DNA of 64,000 nt, from contig NW_027266297.1 in NCBI RefSeq assembly GCF_022045235.1, positions 43,648,001 through 43,712,000 on the forward strand, read 5' to 3'. Under the pieces are notes generated by a model. It worked only from the letters and a program-made list of their open reading frames with translations, was not told the DNA's origin and ran no database searches. The stretch comes from Haliotis cracherodii (taxonomy: Eukaryota). The position numbers and the translations under genes were made by a program. Positions 51,201-62,561 of this stretch are shown here, in pieces (position 1 is the first letter of the stretch; every line of letters begins with the position of its first letter).

Positions 51201-54200
51201 TTTCACACACTGTTGACTTCCTTTTTATGTTAGTTCCACACTGACAAGGCAAAATAATGACATATTGTCATTTATGGAGTTAATATTGCTTCGTGCCATT
51301 TGTTTTTCTCTTGAAAATGTTTCATTATAAACTGTAAATTTCTCATTTAACTCGCCAAACATGACAGTTCATTTTGCAAAGTGCAATTTTTGTTACTTGA
51401 CTAGCATGTATTCCTTTGCTTCCAACATAGGTATCGTAGCTTTCAAGAATTATTTTGTTTTAGGTGACTTTGTATATAATCATATCCAAATGTATGATAT
51501 AGACTTTTAGTGACCTTTGTTTATATATTTGTGGATTTTGCAAACATGGAACTACTTTTTAAGTCGCAAATGCAAGGGGTGGTGAAAGGTCCCTGTATGT
51601 TAGGTAGGGAGAACGTATGCTTCATTTTTTACATTTGTAATGAAAAACCTTAATTTTACGGTAGACAACTACCCAAAAGAAGGATATTACATGTGTCTCA
51701 TGAAACATCATGTTTCTCTCGTCTCGCGACAGGGAAAAGGAGATATTTTCACTTGTTGCGTACAACACATAAAACATCTTCTATGTATCGTTTTCCAAAA
51801 CTGATATGACAGCCAAACATGTTTTAAAGGTCAGGTAATGGATTAGCCAGAATTCTTTTCTATCTGCCCATTCAATCACTGGAAGAAAGTCAGAATGTTA
51901 AACACTTCCTTAAGGCTTACTAAAATAGCTTCAAACAAACTTATTTAAGCTTCATTTCCTTATGCCTTGTCTTTCATCAATTTAAGCAGAAAGAATTTAA
52001 GCAGAAAGAAAAAATCTCAGGATAAAAAGTTTTCTGTGGCTTAATGTTTTTTTCCTAAACTCAGAAATATTCAAGCTATTGGATAGAGACCTGTAAATAA
52101 TCAAGTCTAGACCAGACAAACCAGTGATTAATATTGTAAGTGACGATCTGTCATCGGGGTACGATAACATGTAATAGACCAAGTCATTGAGTCTGCCAAC
52201 CCAAGGGTGGAGAATCTGTATACCTCCAATCTCATAGGCCCTGATCCCACCCATCTATTTGACATCTGTCTAGCTCCTCATAGACACAGAGGACATGAAA
52301 CTGAGGATGAACATGATAAATAAAAAGTAAACGCAGCAGGGAATGGTGGAGAGCGAATGCAAAAGGGTTGTGTAGCTTCGTCTCAGGATGATGTAGTAAC
52401 TACGCCGTACTGGACATGACGAAAGCAGATTTAGGCTGGAGATGGTGGAATCACGTAATCAACTAAGGTGACGCACATGGGATGAACGTATTCAGCTGTA
52501 ATGATCAATACGAGCATTGATGCTGACATGCCTGATGTAAAGGGACAAAAATACACACTGACCCGGTATTACAGAGCACAACTAATTTATGAATTAGTTT
52601 AACTCATTTATACCAGGTCAGGGACTTGCATGAATTTGATTTACTTCCTAGGAATAAGGATAATATGTATAATTCATTGATATCCTTTTACAAAACAACA
52701 AATCATGTATTCATGGTAACAGCAGGCATTGAAGCCATATTTGCTTCAATGCTAATAATTTCTGGTAGTAGGTTCTTGTTAAGGATATGTGTCATAGCAT
52801 ATGAATAAGCTTTTTTCATTCTCATTTTCATTAAAATATAGTCTGAAAACAATATTGCGACCTTTCTGTTCTGCTTTTCTTTTATAAACTGAATAATACA
52901 TTTACAAGGAAAAGTCTTTGTCCTTAAATTGCCAAACATTTGGGGGATGAACTACTTACAACCTAATGGTACATGTCTACAGACTATGAGTGAGTGAGTT
53001 GGGTTTAACACCGCTTTTAACAGTATTCCAGTTATATCACGGCGTGTCAGCTTAATGTGGGAGGAAAGCCCGAAGTAAAGCAGTGTCTCAGACGTTTACC
53101 ATGTCGGTGAAATCCACGAGCACAGGCATGGTGCTGACAAACCTAGAAACATAATCAGGGCAAACCGGGATTCGAACCCACAATCACAGGTTTCTGGGGT
53201 GTCCAAGGGACACAACTTTGCACAGTGAATTGAGGCGCCTTAGACAACTTGGCCACCAGTGTCCCCTGTCTACAGACTATGAACAAACAAAGTTTGTCTA
53301 CTTGGAAGTTGTTTGACTGGAGCCTTTGCAAAAAGTATTAAGATACATTAGTAACTGATGTGGTCATGCATACACTGAAGTTGACTGAAGCTTTATCTTT
53401 ATTCAATTATATAAAAGTCGGAAAAAATGTGCGAATAGTCAGAAAGAAATGTGAACATAAGTGACTTGTTGGGTTCAAGTTTTGTCATTACACAATATAT
53501 TACGTGAATACCCAAAGGTCCGGGCATGTTGGTACCCGGGGCCTCATCATACCACTGTTTTCTGTCAGTTACTGGACAAACAAAAAAGCTTTTCTTTCCA
53601 AACGTAGCAAGCGCTGGATACCACAATTTTCTGTCAGTTACTGAACTATTTATCTCTCTGCCCATGGTGCCAAGCTGGAAGGTGAGTGCATCACGGGGAA
53701 CAAGATGTTTATGTTTTAAGAAAGGACCAAACAACAAAGATATTTCTCAATCATTATATTAACTTCCACTATACAATCACAGTGTTACCAGAAACCAACT
53801 AAAGGGTAATAAATCACAGGACCTCGTAATTATATTCTATACTTAACTTACATCATCCAAGGCAGGAGTTTGTTAGTATAGAATGTTAGTTACATCGTGA
53901 ATCAATAAACTCTGTGATTTATTTTTGATTTAACTCATACAAAATTGTCGTTAATGCTTCAAACCTACCGCTTATTATACCATAAAGTTAACCTCTTATG
54001 AATTGTGTTTCAGAAATAGCAGGCTTTTTACACCTCAACCCTTTAGCATTATATTTCATCAGTTTGAACAATAAATATGGCAGATAAACTCCCAATTTCA
54101 TGCAAAACGATCTCATCAAGCCTTATCTCTGCTGTTGACACAATGATGAACAGAGTGAAAGGCAAAAAAACAAACACTGTCAACACTCATTATATGATTG

Positions 54201-54412
54201 ACAGCCGGGCAATATAAAGACTACATCAAAGCTGTCTGACAACATCACCAAGCCGTTGTTAATACAACGTCTGGCGCCTAGTAACACATAACTCTAATAA
54301 CGTAGGCAGATATAGTCGTAATAACCTAAATCTACTTACCTAAAGCGATGCATACAATGTCTATGACAACTCGCACACAAAGTTTGCCTCTGCTTGGTCG
54401 TGAGTTCGCCAT
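45095..54412 (-). CDS. PLPP: Phospholipid phosphatase (PAP2/LPP, wunen-like), 6 exons, 316 aa
   Basis: Minus-strand exons 54412-54340 (MANSRPSRGKLCVRVVIDIVCIAL), 49026-48875 (PYHRGFFCNDESLKHP), 48491-48193 (C1 KFSIGRLRPHF), 46151-46094 (C2 SFPSGH), 45744-45568 (C3 SRISDYKHHWSDV), 45286-45095 (stop). All junctions GT-AG and phase-consistent, 951 nt. PLPP1/2/3 orthology not resolvable by eye. Confidence 0.95.
45568..45744 (-). CDS. PLPP: PLPP exon 5 (C3 motif)
   Basis: SRISDYKHHWSDVLAG; tgcag / gtaaga. Confidence 0.95.
46094..46151 (-). CDS. PLPP: PLPP exon 4 (C2 motif)
   Basis: LSFPSGHASIAVY; gccag / gtaagg. Confidence 0.95.
46250..46500 (-). mobile_element. Interspersed repeat family C, SINE-like without an obvious tRNA head (further copies at about 17517-17775, 26256-26430, 35450-35668, 42790-42940, 43165-43390, 48605-48780, 52040-52200, 59575-59690)
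   Basis: ggggtagaataggtcttcag...catgcttgccgtaaaaggcgac...ctggtccagactcgattatttacagaccgcc...gctggaatattgctgagtgcggcgttaaac(aaac)n recurring. Confidence 0.8.
48193..48491 (-). CDS. PLPP: PLPP exon 3 (C1 motif)
   Basis: KFSIGRLRPHF; tccag / gtatgt. Confidence 0.95.
48875..49026 (-). CDS. PLPP: PLPP exon 2
   Basis: RGFFCNDESL motif; ggcag / gtaagt. Confidence 0.93.
52990..53266 (-). mobile_element. SINE family A with 16-bp TSD, in PLPP intron 1
   Basis: TSD tgtctacagactatga at 52974-52989 and 53267-53282. Confidence 0.9.
54340..54412 (-). CDS. PLPP: PLPP exon 1
   Basis: ATG at 54412, donor G|gtaagt, first transmembrane segment. Confidence 0.85.
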
Positions 54413-54560
54413 CCTCGCTTTCTTCGTGCGATCAGGGGCAGATTACTCTCAATTACTAACTTATGGGTGGGCGTGGTTGACAAGATGTTGACATTGAGCT
54501 GTCAGTGGTCTGACCGCCTACACTGTCGCCTGTAGTTTTGTGACGTCATCGTAGTTACAA
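54413..54560 (-). promoter_or_regulatory. PLPP proximal promoter/5' UTR with GC box and CRE
   Basis: GGGTGGGCGTGG (Sp/KLF-like) at about 54465-54476, palindromic TGACGTCA at 54541-54548, locally CpG-rich. Confidence 0.5.
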
Positions 54561-55038
54561 ACTTAGAATTTACTTATCAAACACAAGCACATCTCGTGAT
54601 GTTTGTTCATTCAAACTGACTAATTGTATGTGTCATTATTATATTTACGAAAGTAGATACAAAGGCATTACATTTCTATACATTGCCCATGAAAAATAGT
54701 CACACTGGATACCAAACATCATATATTTACATATAAATGTATATCATTATGCAAACGGTAATTTAACATTGATTTTAACTATAGTTAATAAATTATGTCT
54801 GGATAGTTTCTGAAAGACTGTTTCTGTATTTGAGTGGGTGCTTTGTTAGGCTGCAGTCAGCAATTACGCTTCTGAGAGTAATTCGGGAGAAGACGAACCA
54901 GGTTTGAGGACCCTACATAGGTGGAATAGAGTAAGTGTTTGGTAACTAATCAGTCAGATCACAAAGTGTATAACGCGTCGATACTTGTCATAAACATAAG
55001 GATCTTTATTACTTGCCCGTGAAGAGATCACCCGTTTA

Positions 55039-55862
55039 GTGAGTGAGTGAGTTGGGTTTAACGCCGCTTTTAACAGTATTCCAGTTATATCACGGCGTGT
55101 CAGCTTAATGTGGGAGGAAAGCCCGAAGTGATGCAGGTCTTAGACGTTTACCACTTCGGTGAAACCCACGAGCACGGGTATGGTGCTGACAAACCTAGAA
55201 ACATAACCGGGGTGAACCGGGATTCGAACCCACAATCATAGGTTTCTGGCGCAAGCTCCTCACAGCGATAGTACGTTCCCGGAGCTCTCTATACTATCGC
55301 TGCCACCAGTCAAAACTCCCCACTGTGAATAGGTGGCCACAACCATGCTTGGAGTTGAACTCGCAACCGAATGACCGTTATGTTTACAAAACAAGTGACG
55401 ACTGTCGTGACGCCGAATACACTTATCTCTGCTAAATTACTTTCTTCGTTTGTCAATTAGAATTTCTGTTTCATTAAAACTATCGTGTTATTGATATAGT
55501 AAGAATGTAAGGGAGAAGTTGGTTTATTTTCCGTTAGTCTGCAATCTCGAACCAATCTGATTATCAAAACAACAAAGTAAATTCATCTGGAAAACATGGT
55601 CAGTCGTAAACATTTTCAAATTGAAATATGATGGCATTCCCAAAGACATAAACAAAAGTATAAACGTTACTACATATGAGGTTGGAGGGCAAATTTCAAG
55701 ATTCTTGAAATGGCCGCGCCCACACTGGTGGCAGCGATGTTACCGAGAGTGTAACGAAGGTGTCACGCGCTGGGAAGGAGCTTGGTTTCTGGCGTGCCCA
55801 AGGGACGCAACTCTGCACAGCGAATCGCGGCGCCTTAGACGACTGGGCCACCCGTGCCCCCT
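55039..55862 (-). mobile_element. SINE family A split by a nested DNA transposon
   Basis: Outer TSD agatcacccgttta at 55025-55038 and 55863-55876. Confidence 0.9.
55252..55784. mobile_element. 533-bp non-autonomous TIR transposon with 10-bp TSD (Mutator/MULE-like by TSD length)
   Basis: Ends caagctcctcacagcg ... cgctgggaaggagcttg; TSD gtttctggcg at 55242-55251 and 55785-55794; inner inverted repeat atcgctgccaccagt / actggtggcagcgat. Confidence 0.85.
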
Positions 55863-56446
55863 AGATCACCCGTTTAATAAACATAAAGCTGTATTACACA
55901 TTGTGTAATGTACTAAACGCGTGCTTATGTACTCTGGGAACACGTTTCACGAACAAATATTAAAAGCTCTCAACCTCCCTTGGCTTTTTCAACGACATTG
56001 CGTGTGGAGTTGATAGATCACTGAGAGGAGCTTATGCACACTCGATGACCCCAGCAACCTTGTTGCTCGGCTGACGTCACATGGCATTGTTTCGCCGATG
56101 GATCTTGCAACAAAATTCCACAAATTACGTCATCGGGTATTTTGACATTGTTGTAAACTTTGAGGTGCAAGGCCCGTTCCACAAGGCGATCGTATTGTAG
56201 CGCAACGACAGTCGTTAGTCTAAGTTAAAGTATGTGAGTTGCGATAGTCTTAGCCCTACGATAATTTTGTGAATTCTGAAGGTACACCGTTGTATTGTAT
56301 TAAATTCATACGTTTCAACTTTTGACGTGTTTGAAGTATTATTCTGTTAAACTCAATTGGACTATGCCGTGGATCGTGTAGGTGTCAGCCTATTCATACT
56401 CAACAGTATAATTCCAAAAACATTATAAATAGCAAGTAATAAATAA

Positions 56447-56588
56447 AATACTAAACTCGCACCCGTGTAAAACCAATTTTATGAAACTCTTGAATAGTTG
56501 TGGTATCTGACGAGCGAAAGCGAGTCAGATACCACAACTATTCACTCGTTTCATAAAATTGGTATTACACGGGAGCTCGTTTAGTATT
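56447..56588. repeat. 142-bp near-perfect palindrome with a GCGAAAGC apex
   Basis: Arms pair throughout apart from short symmetric internal mismatches. Confidence 0.9.
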
Positions 56589-57223
56589 CTAAATATATCG
56601 TCCACTGAAACTCCTTCAGATGAAATTGGGAAAGACATGTCTACAAAATACCATTATAATTTCTTAAATAAATTAATTCGCATTTGAGTGGGGAAATCTA
56701 TAACGTGATTTGTGGGTGAGCGAGTTGGTCCTTACACGAGTTTGACAGCTTAAAGTCCATAGTAGGGACATAGGTCGAAGTTACACAATTTACAAATTAC
56801 AAGAGCTCGGATGTGGTGCTAACAAACCAAGAGTCAAAATCTGGGATTCGAACTAACCTGAGACGTAACAGCGAACTGTCATGCAATAGATGACAGGGTC
56901 CCCAATGGCCATCATGACTAAATTAGTTCTATAAACCAATACATAACACAATGACAAGCATCAATGGTTATGTATATAATTACGTAAAGTCTGTAATCAG
57001 AATAGTGAACAAGACTTCAAACATATAGTGGCAACATCAGCATGTAGTTTATCTGCATATGGAGTAACACCGTTTTAAATACAACGTGCGTGATGAATGT
57101 GAATAACTCAACAAAAACATTCGTTAAATTATGAACAAATAGTTTTGTTGACAACATGGCACCTAACTGAATAAGTGATAAGTTTGTCTTCTACAACGTT
57201 GCGAGTAAGATTCACCCTGTAAA

Positions 57224-58497
57224 TGTAGCAGTTCAGTGTATGTCTTGTCACACAGTGAACACACACATGTTACGGGATTGAGGTCTTTATAGGATGCCTT
57301 GTATTAGGAGATCAAAGATCACAGATGAAAGATATGAGACCCTGAAACACATAATTACATAATAGTAATTAGGTACAACATTATCATCAACGATACATAT
57401 ACATAGCATAGGTTTATCACGTGTAAGTATCACATACCAGTCATCCATTAAAACACAAGATAGACTATGTGCTAAACGCTTGTACTAGAGCATATACAGT
57501 AATAAACATGCTACACAATACTAACATCCAAGGGAGATAACTTCTTGACTTTTATATATGCCAAATAATATGTACACAAAATAAATACATAAAGCTTACA
57601 CATTCTCTGTAAACATATACAATAAGACAGAAATTAATGATATATAATATTACATTAAATGTGATCATAACATATAGGTTACACCTTAAGTCTTATACAA
57701 ATATGAACAAAGCAATGCATACCCTGTAGGTGATACAAGAGTGTGACTCACCACTGCCACATATATAGGGCAACACCATACTCATGGATCTGAATAAATA
57801 ATACATACCGTATTCGACGTAATAAGCTCCCAGGGCGCTCTCAATATTAGAAAAATCTGGACTCTTATTACTATTATTATTATTATTATTATTTTGGTGA
57901 AAAAAAGTTGAAAGATAAATTTCGTGGTTTATGCTGACAGCCTGAAATGTTTATGTACGATAGATATATGTTTCCAGAATTTAATTGCCAATAATAAAGG
58001 GTGCACACGAGTGCGTATTATACGCGAATAGGTGAAGGATAGACTATTTTTTAGTGATAAATTTTGATTGTTTACTTTCCCTATGCAGATTTAAATAATT
58101 AGACGTAACCAACATTTATATTGGATTACCCACACTTAGTTTACTTAATATATCACTTTAGACATACTGTATTATTTCACTACAACACAAGATAGAGATT
58201 ATATCAATTTAACTCACCTGTTATAACTGTATGTCCTTGCTGGTCTGATAAGTTCTGTCAGTTCATGTGCTGAGAGAATATGCAGTGTCATCAAAGCATG
58301 TAATTTAACAACAGGTGTTCGCTTGGCAAATCAGCATATGAAGTTCCTGGCCATGGGTCAATTAGTAGGCAAAACAGGTCAGATACGCTGTGTTATCGTT
58401 GACTTATGAAACTAACAACTAATTATATATAATAAATATATGTAAAAAACATGAAATGAAATGAAAACAAATAAATACAAATTCTACATCGGCCACA
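57224..58497 (-). mobile_element. Solo-LTR-like element (TGT...ACA, 4-bp TSD) carrying a nested MITE
   Basis: Ends tgtagcag ... cggccaca, TSD taaa at 57220-57223 and 58498-58501; colinear with 19240-20299. Confidence 0.75.
57806..58033. mobile_element. pogo/Tigger-like MITE inside the solo LTR (relative at about 33020-33326)
   Basis: taccgtattcgacgtaataag ... tattatacgcgaataggt ends; absent from the 19240-20299 copy. Confidence 0.6.
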
Positions 58498-58510
58498 TAA
58501 ACAAACATTA

Positions 58511-58787
58511 GTGAGTGAGTCGGGTTGAACGCCGCTTTTAACAGTATTCCAGTTATATCACGGCGTGTCAGCTTAATGTGGGAGGAAAGCCTGAAGTGAT
58601 GCAGGTCTCAGAGGTTTACCACTTCGGTGAAACCCACCAGCACGGGTATGGTGCTAACAAACCTAGAAACATAATCGGAGCGAAACGGGATTCGAACCCA
58701 CAATCATAGGTTTCTGGCGTGCCCAAGGGATGCAACTCTGCACAGCGAGTCGCGGCGCCTTAGACGACTGGGCCACCCGTGCCCCCT
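58511..58787 (-). mobile_element. SINE family A, near consensus
   Basis: Full head and tail. Confidence 0.88.
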
Positions 58788-59704
58788 AAATAAACACTAC
58801 AAGTCGGAACTTTCCAAAGGCCAGGTAACGCGAGTTGCCTCGGTGCAACTGGACAAGGCACCCCTTGGTCAAACCATGCACACTCCGTGTGTTACTCTCA
58901 AATAACTGACAGACTGAACGAGGTAATGTTATGCCCGACTTACTCACTCACTCCAGCAGGACAAGGATGCACTTGTTAATCTACTGGATACCATGCGGGT
59001 GGATGCAGCTATCATTTCCTGGGCAGAACTATACAAAGGGCCACTATGCCTTTGCCCATGTAACGTTATTTAGGGTATGTGAACGTTATTTGTCGACATG
59101 TCTAGGAAACAAGTGTGACAGATAGTTGTATGGTTTGTTTCCAGAGCAAAACATCCGTTCACTTTGTCTTCCTAAAACAAATGGTACTCAGTTGTGGGTG
59201 GTGAACTCGTGCCTCATAGATATGTTTAATCTTTAATTTATGTACGTGCCATGGACTCAATCGGGTGTAGTTTGTGGCTTGTTTCCAGAGCAGAGTTCTG
59301 CTCGCAAATCAAACAATGAATATCGCTGACTGTAGCGTTAAGCAACAAGAAGCAAACACGCATACATCATACTTTCAGTGAAAGCATAAACAAATCAACC
59401 GACCGATCGATCAATCAATTATCGTTTCTAGGCCAACTGACACAAAGTCCGTACAATCATAATTGTACATTTTTTTCGCATCAAATACTGTCCTAGTATT
59501 TTTAAAATTGTTCCAGTTTATTCTTTAAGTTCGTTGTTATGTACTTTAGTGTTTCATTAAGGGGAGTCCCTTATTCCAGTTGCGTAGGTCGATGCTCATG
59601 ATATCAATCACTGGATTGTCTGGTCCAGAATCGACTATTGACAGACCGCCGTCATATTGCTGAGTGCGGCGTTAAACAACAATCAACCAACGTTAGGTGC
59701 ATCA

Positions 59705-59827
59705 GAAACCTAGGATAGCATGTGTTCGATTATTTTTCCATAGGTGTATCAGCATAATTATTCGTGCTCGTGGTTTTAACCAATGTGATAAACGTCTAAG
59801 ACCTGCATCATTTCTGCAACCCCCCCC

Positions 59828-59858
<31 letters not shown>

Positions 59859-59915
59859 AAGCTGACACGCCGAGATATACCTGGAATACTGTTCAAAGCG
59901 GCGTTAAATCAAATC
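59705..59915 (+). mobile_element. Degenerate SINE family A with internal poly(C)/(CA)n expansion
   Basis: Body and tail align to family A; C run at about 59820-59844 replaces ttcctcccac. Confidence 0.65.
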
Positions 59916-60454
59916 ACAATCTACTTCAGTTGTTCCTCTGATTTTGCCATAGCAAAATCTTACATTGATCTTAGTAATGCATAGTTCACTGTCATAGAAT
60001 TCCCCGTATTCTGTTCAGCCCGTGTCCTTAATTCCTTTACTTAAGACTGCTGTCACAATCTAATCTATAACTCGTAAGGTGTGACGTATATTTTCTTCTT
60101 TTTGTTTTTAGGATCGATAACATTGATTTCTTTGTTGCATTAAATATTTCACCTGTCCAGATAATAATATTTTAAGAATATATGTATGACATATATATGT
60201 CCACTTCTCCACATATCGTAAATGTTTACGAGTTTTTTGCAATGTTAAAAATCCAACGATAAAACTTAACATTGGGGAATTACAACTCGGCATGTACTGT
60301 TATAGAACCGTCTGTAGGGATACATATCAATAAATAGGCATGCCTGAATGGCACTTTCGACAATTAAACAACAATGTGCATTGATATATTGCCTTTATTG
60401 ATTGACACTCTTAGAATGATTGTATATAGATCATGTACACAGTTACCGTATTGG

Positions 60455-60626
60455 TAAAGTCCCCAGCCGTGAACATCAAACGGTGCGGCCAGGTGCGCGT
60501 TGCCATGAGCGACGAAGGTAAACCCGACAACTAAGATGGCGTCCGTCAGTAGGCACGCGTTGTGTTTTACCTGAGCAAGTGCGTACAGAAACGTCTTTGA
60601 AACAAACAGGATATCATGAATTTTAG
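60455..60626 (+). promoter_or_regulatory. CpG-rich promoter/first exon candidate for the downstream + strand gene
   Basis: CpG-dense patch with AAGATGGCG (YY1-like), GCCATGA at 60502-60508, donors at 60518 (gtaaac) and 60627 (gtatgt). Confidence 0.5.
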
Positions 60627-61222
60627 GTATGTTTTTATGAAACATTAGAGAATTAGGCAAAAATCTTTAATTTTTCTGTTAAGTGGTATTCACAAATATG
60701 GACGTACGTATCTGTTCATTCACATTCAGCGTTGTCACGAGTGAAAAAAAATGTTTACATTCAGATCAGTTGTTTTCAGGTCTTTTGTAAATGATAACTG
60801 AAAGATTGTCCAACAAATAATAGATATGTTAATCTGCTATAATTACTACTAAATTGCCCGCACAGCAGCTTGCATAAGCTGTCCAGTACAGGCATAAAAG
60901 TTCCTACTTAATTGATACTTATAGATATGCATGGAGGAATACCTTCAACATTACTACTGATTAATTTTACATGAGAGGCAGGAATAGAAGCAAAACAACA
61001 GACTGTGAATTAATTATTTCTTATCTTTCTTGATTAATAGAAGACTATATTATGATACCAGCATTGATAGGAGATAAACCTGTGTTTTCAATGTAGAGCT
61101 AGGTTACCTGTAGATTTAACAGTGCTAAATTTAACACTTGTAACACTTACGCTGCGCATTCAGTTCCGAAGTCATTTTAGTGTGATCGAATCTACAGGTA
61201 ATCTAGTTCTACATTGAAAACA

Positions 61223-61392
61223 GGTTCATCCTGATTATGTTTCTAGGTTTGTAAGCACCATATCTTGCTCATGGGTTTCACCAAAGTGGTAAACGTCTGA
61301 GACCTGCATCACTTTGTGCTTTCTTCCCACATCAAGCTGACATGCCGTGATATAACTGGAATACTGTTCAATGTGATGTTAAACCCAACTCA
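61223..61392 (+). mobile_element. 5'-truncated SINE family A with 14-bp TSD inside a palindromic element
   Basis: TSD ctacattgaaaaca at 61209-61222 and 61393-61406. Confidence 0.85.
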
Positions 61393-62561
61393 CTACATTG
61401 AAAACACAGTAGGTTTATCTCCATTCTACCATGACACAATTCAATGTGAACTCTTTGGTGTTAGCCATGTTATATTGAGTGAAGCGTGAAGGGTTGTGTC
61501 CCATGTTTTGGGTGGGTTGTCAAAGGGCTTTTTGAAATAATTGTATGTACAATAATGGGTCACAAAATGCAGAGTTGCAGTTACTACAATATTGGAAGTA
61601 TGTGTGGCAATACATTTTAGTTGGGAAACATGTTAGAAATAGACTAATAGGCCTGTGTCACAATTAGCAGTTAGACGTAATAATAGTGACGTTTGCATGG
61701 TGTAGAGTCACCGATGAACTTTGTTTCTTTAGTGGTGGCCACTTCATGTTGGCACTGTTGTAGCGGTGCTACACACATTCAGTGCCTCGCATATATATGT
61801 ACAGTAATTGAAGTATAATGATGTGAAAATATGTTTCTGTATATATGCCCATACCTTGCTTTAAGGGTATTATTGGTGTTTCTTTAATCGAGATTGACAA
61901 CCTAAAAGAAAAATGTACTCAACCAAGGCTACTTCACTCAATATCTTCAGTAACACCAAAGTTTATTTTTTTCATAGAAGAATGGTAATAAGCCTATTGT
62001 GTTTTTAATGTTGAGCGAGGTTACCTGTAGATGTAACTGCGCTCAAGTTAACATTTAAAATCTCATGCTGCACATTCAATTCCATTTCTAACTTAGCACA
62101 GGTATTTCTACAGGTATCTTACAGCTCAACTTTTTGTTCTTTTCTTTTTTTGTTCTTTAGTTTTGTATATCTACAGTAATGAATTGGTAACAGCGATATA
62201 CCTGGGATTTGTAATTTAGTGGGAATTGGGAATGTTTTTTTAGTACCATTTATTTCAAATATCAGAGGTTGCATCCAGCGAAATAGTGTTAAACTAAGTA
62301 GTAAAGCCCTTTTCTTTATTTGAAATATAAATGACCTGTGCAAAATTAAAACGTTATCATAATATCTCAATTTAGACCAAGTTAGTTGCAACATTTGCAC
62401 CAACATTTGCCCTCAATCATGGTGTCAGATATCTCCCTCTGAGAATGCCTTAATATATTCCTGGGTAAAGACAATAATTATGTCAAGGCCATCTATAAGA
62501 CTGACGATGTATAAAAAGAATCTGAAAGGTGATTTGCACTTTTGCAGGATTTTTTTCTAGG

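Noticed and set aside
56507-56528. CTGACGA-GCGAAAGC-GAG as a hammerhead core
   Set aside because: GAGT follows the stem instead of GAAA, and the CTGAC is sequestered in the long palindrome stem.
59697-59984. Poly-Pro and poly-Gly ORFs
   Set aside because: Caused by a poly(C)/(CA)n run inside a decayed SINE.
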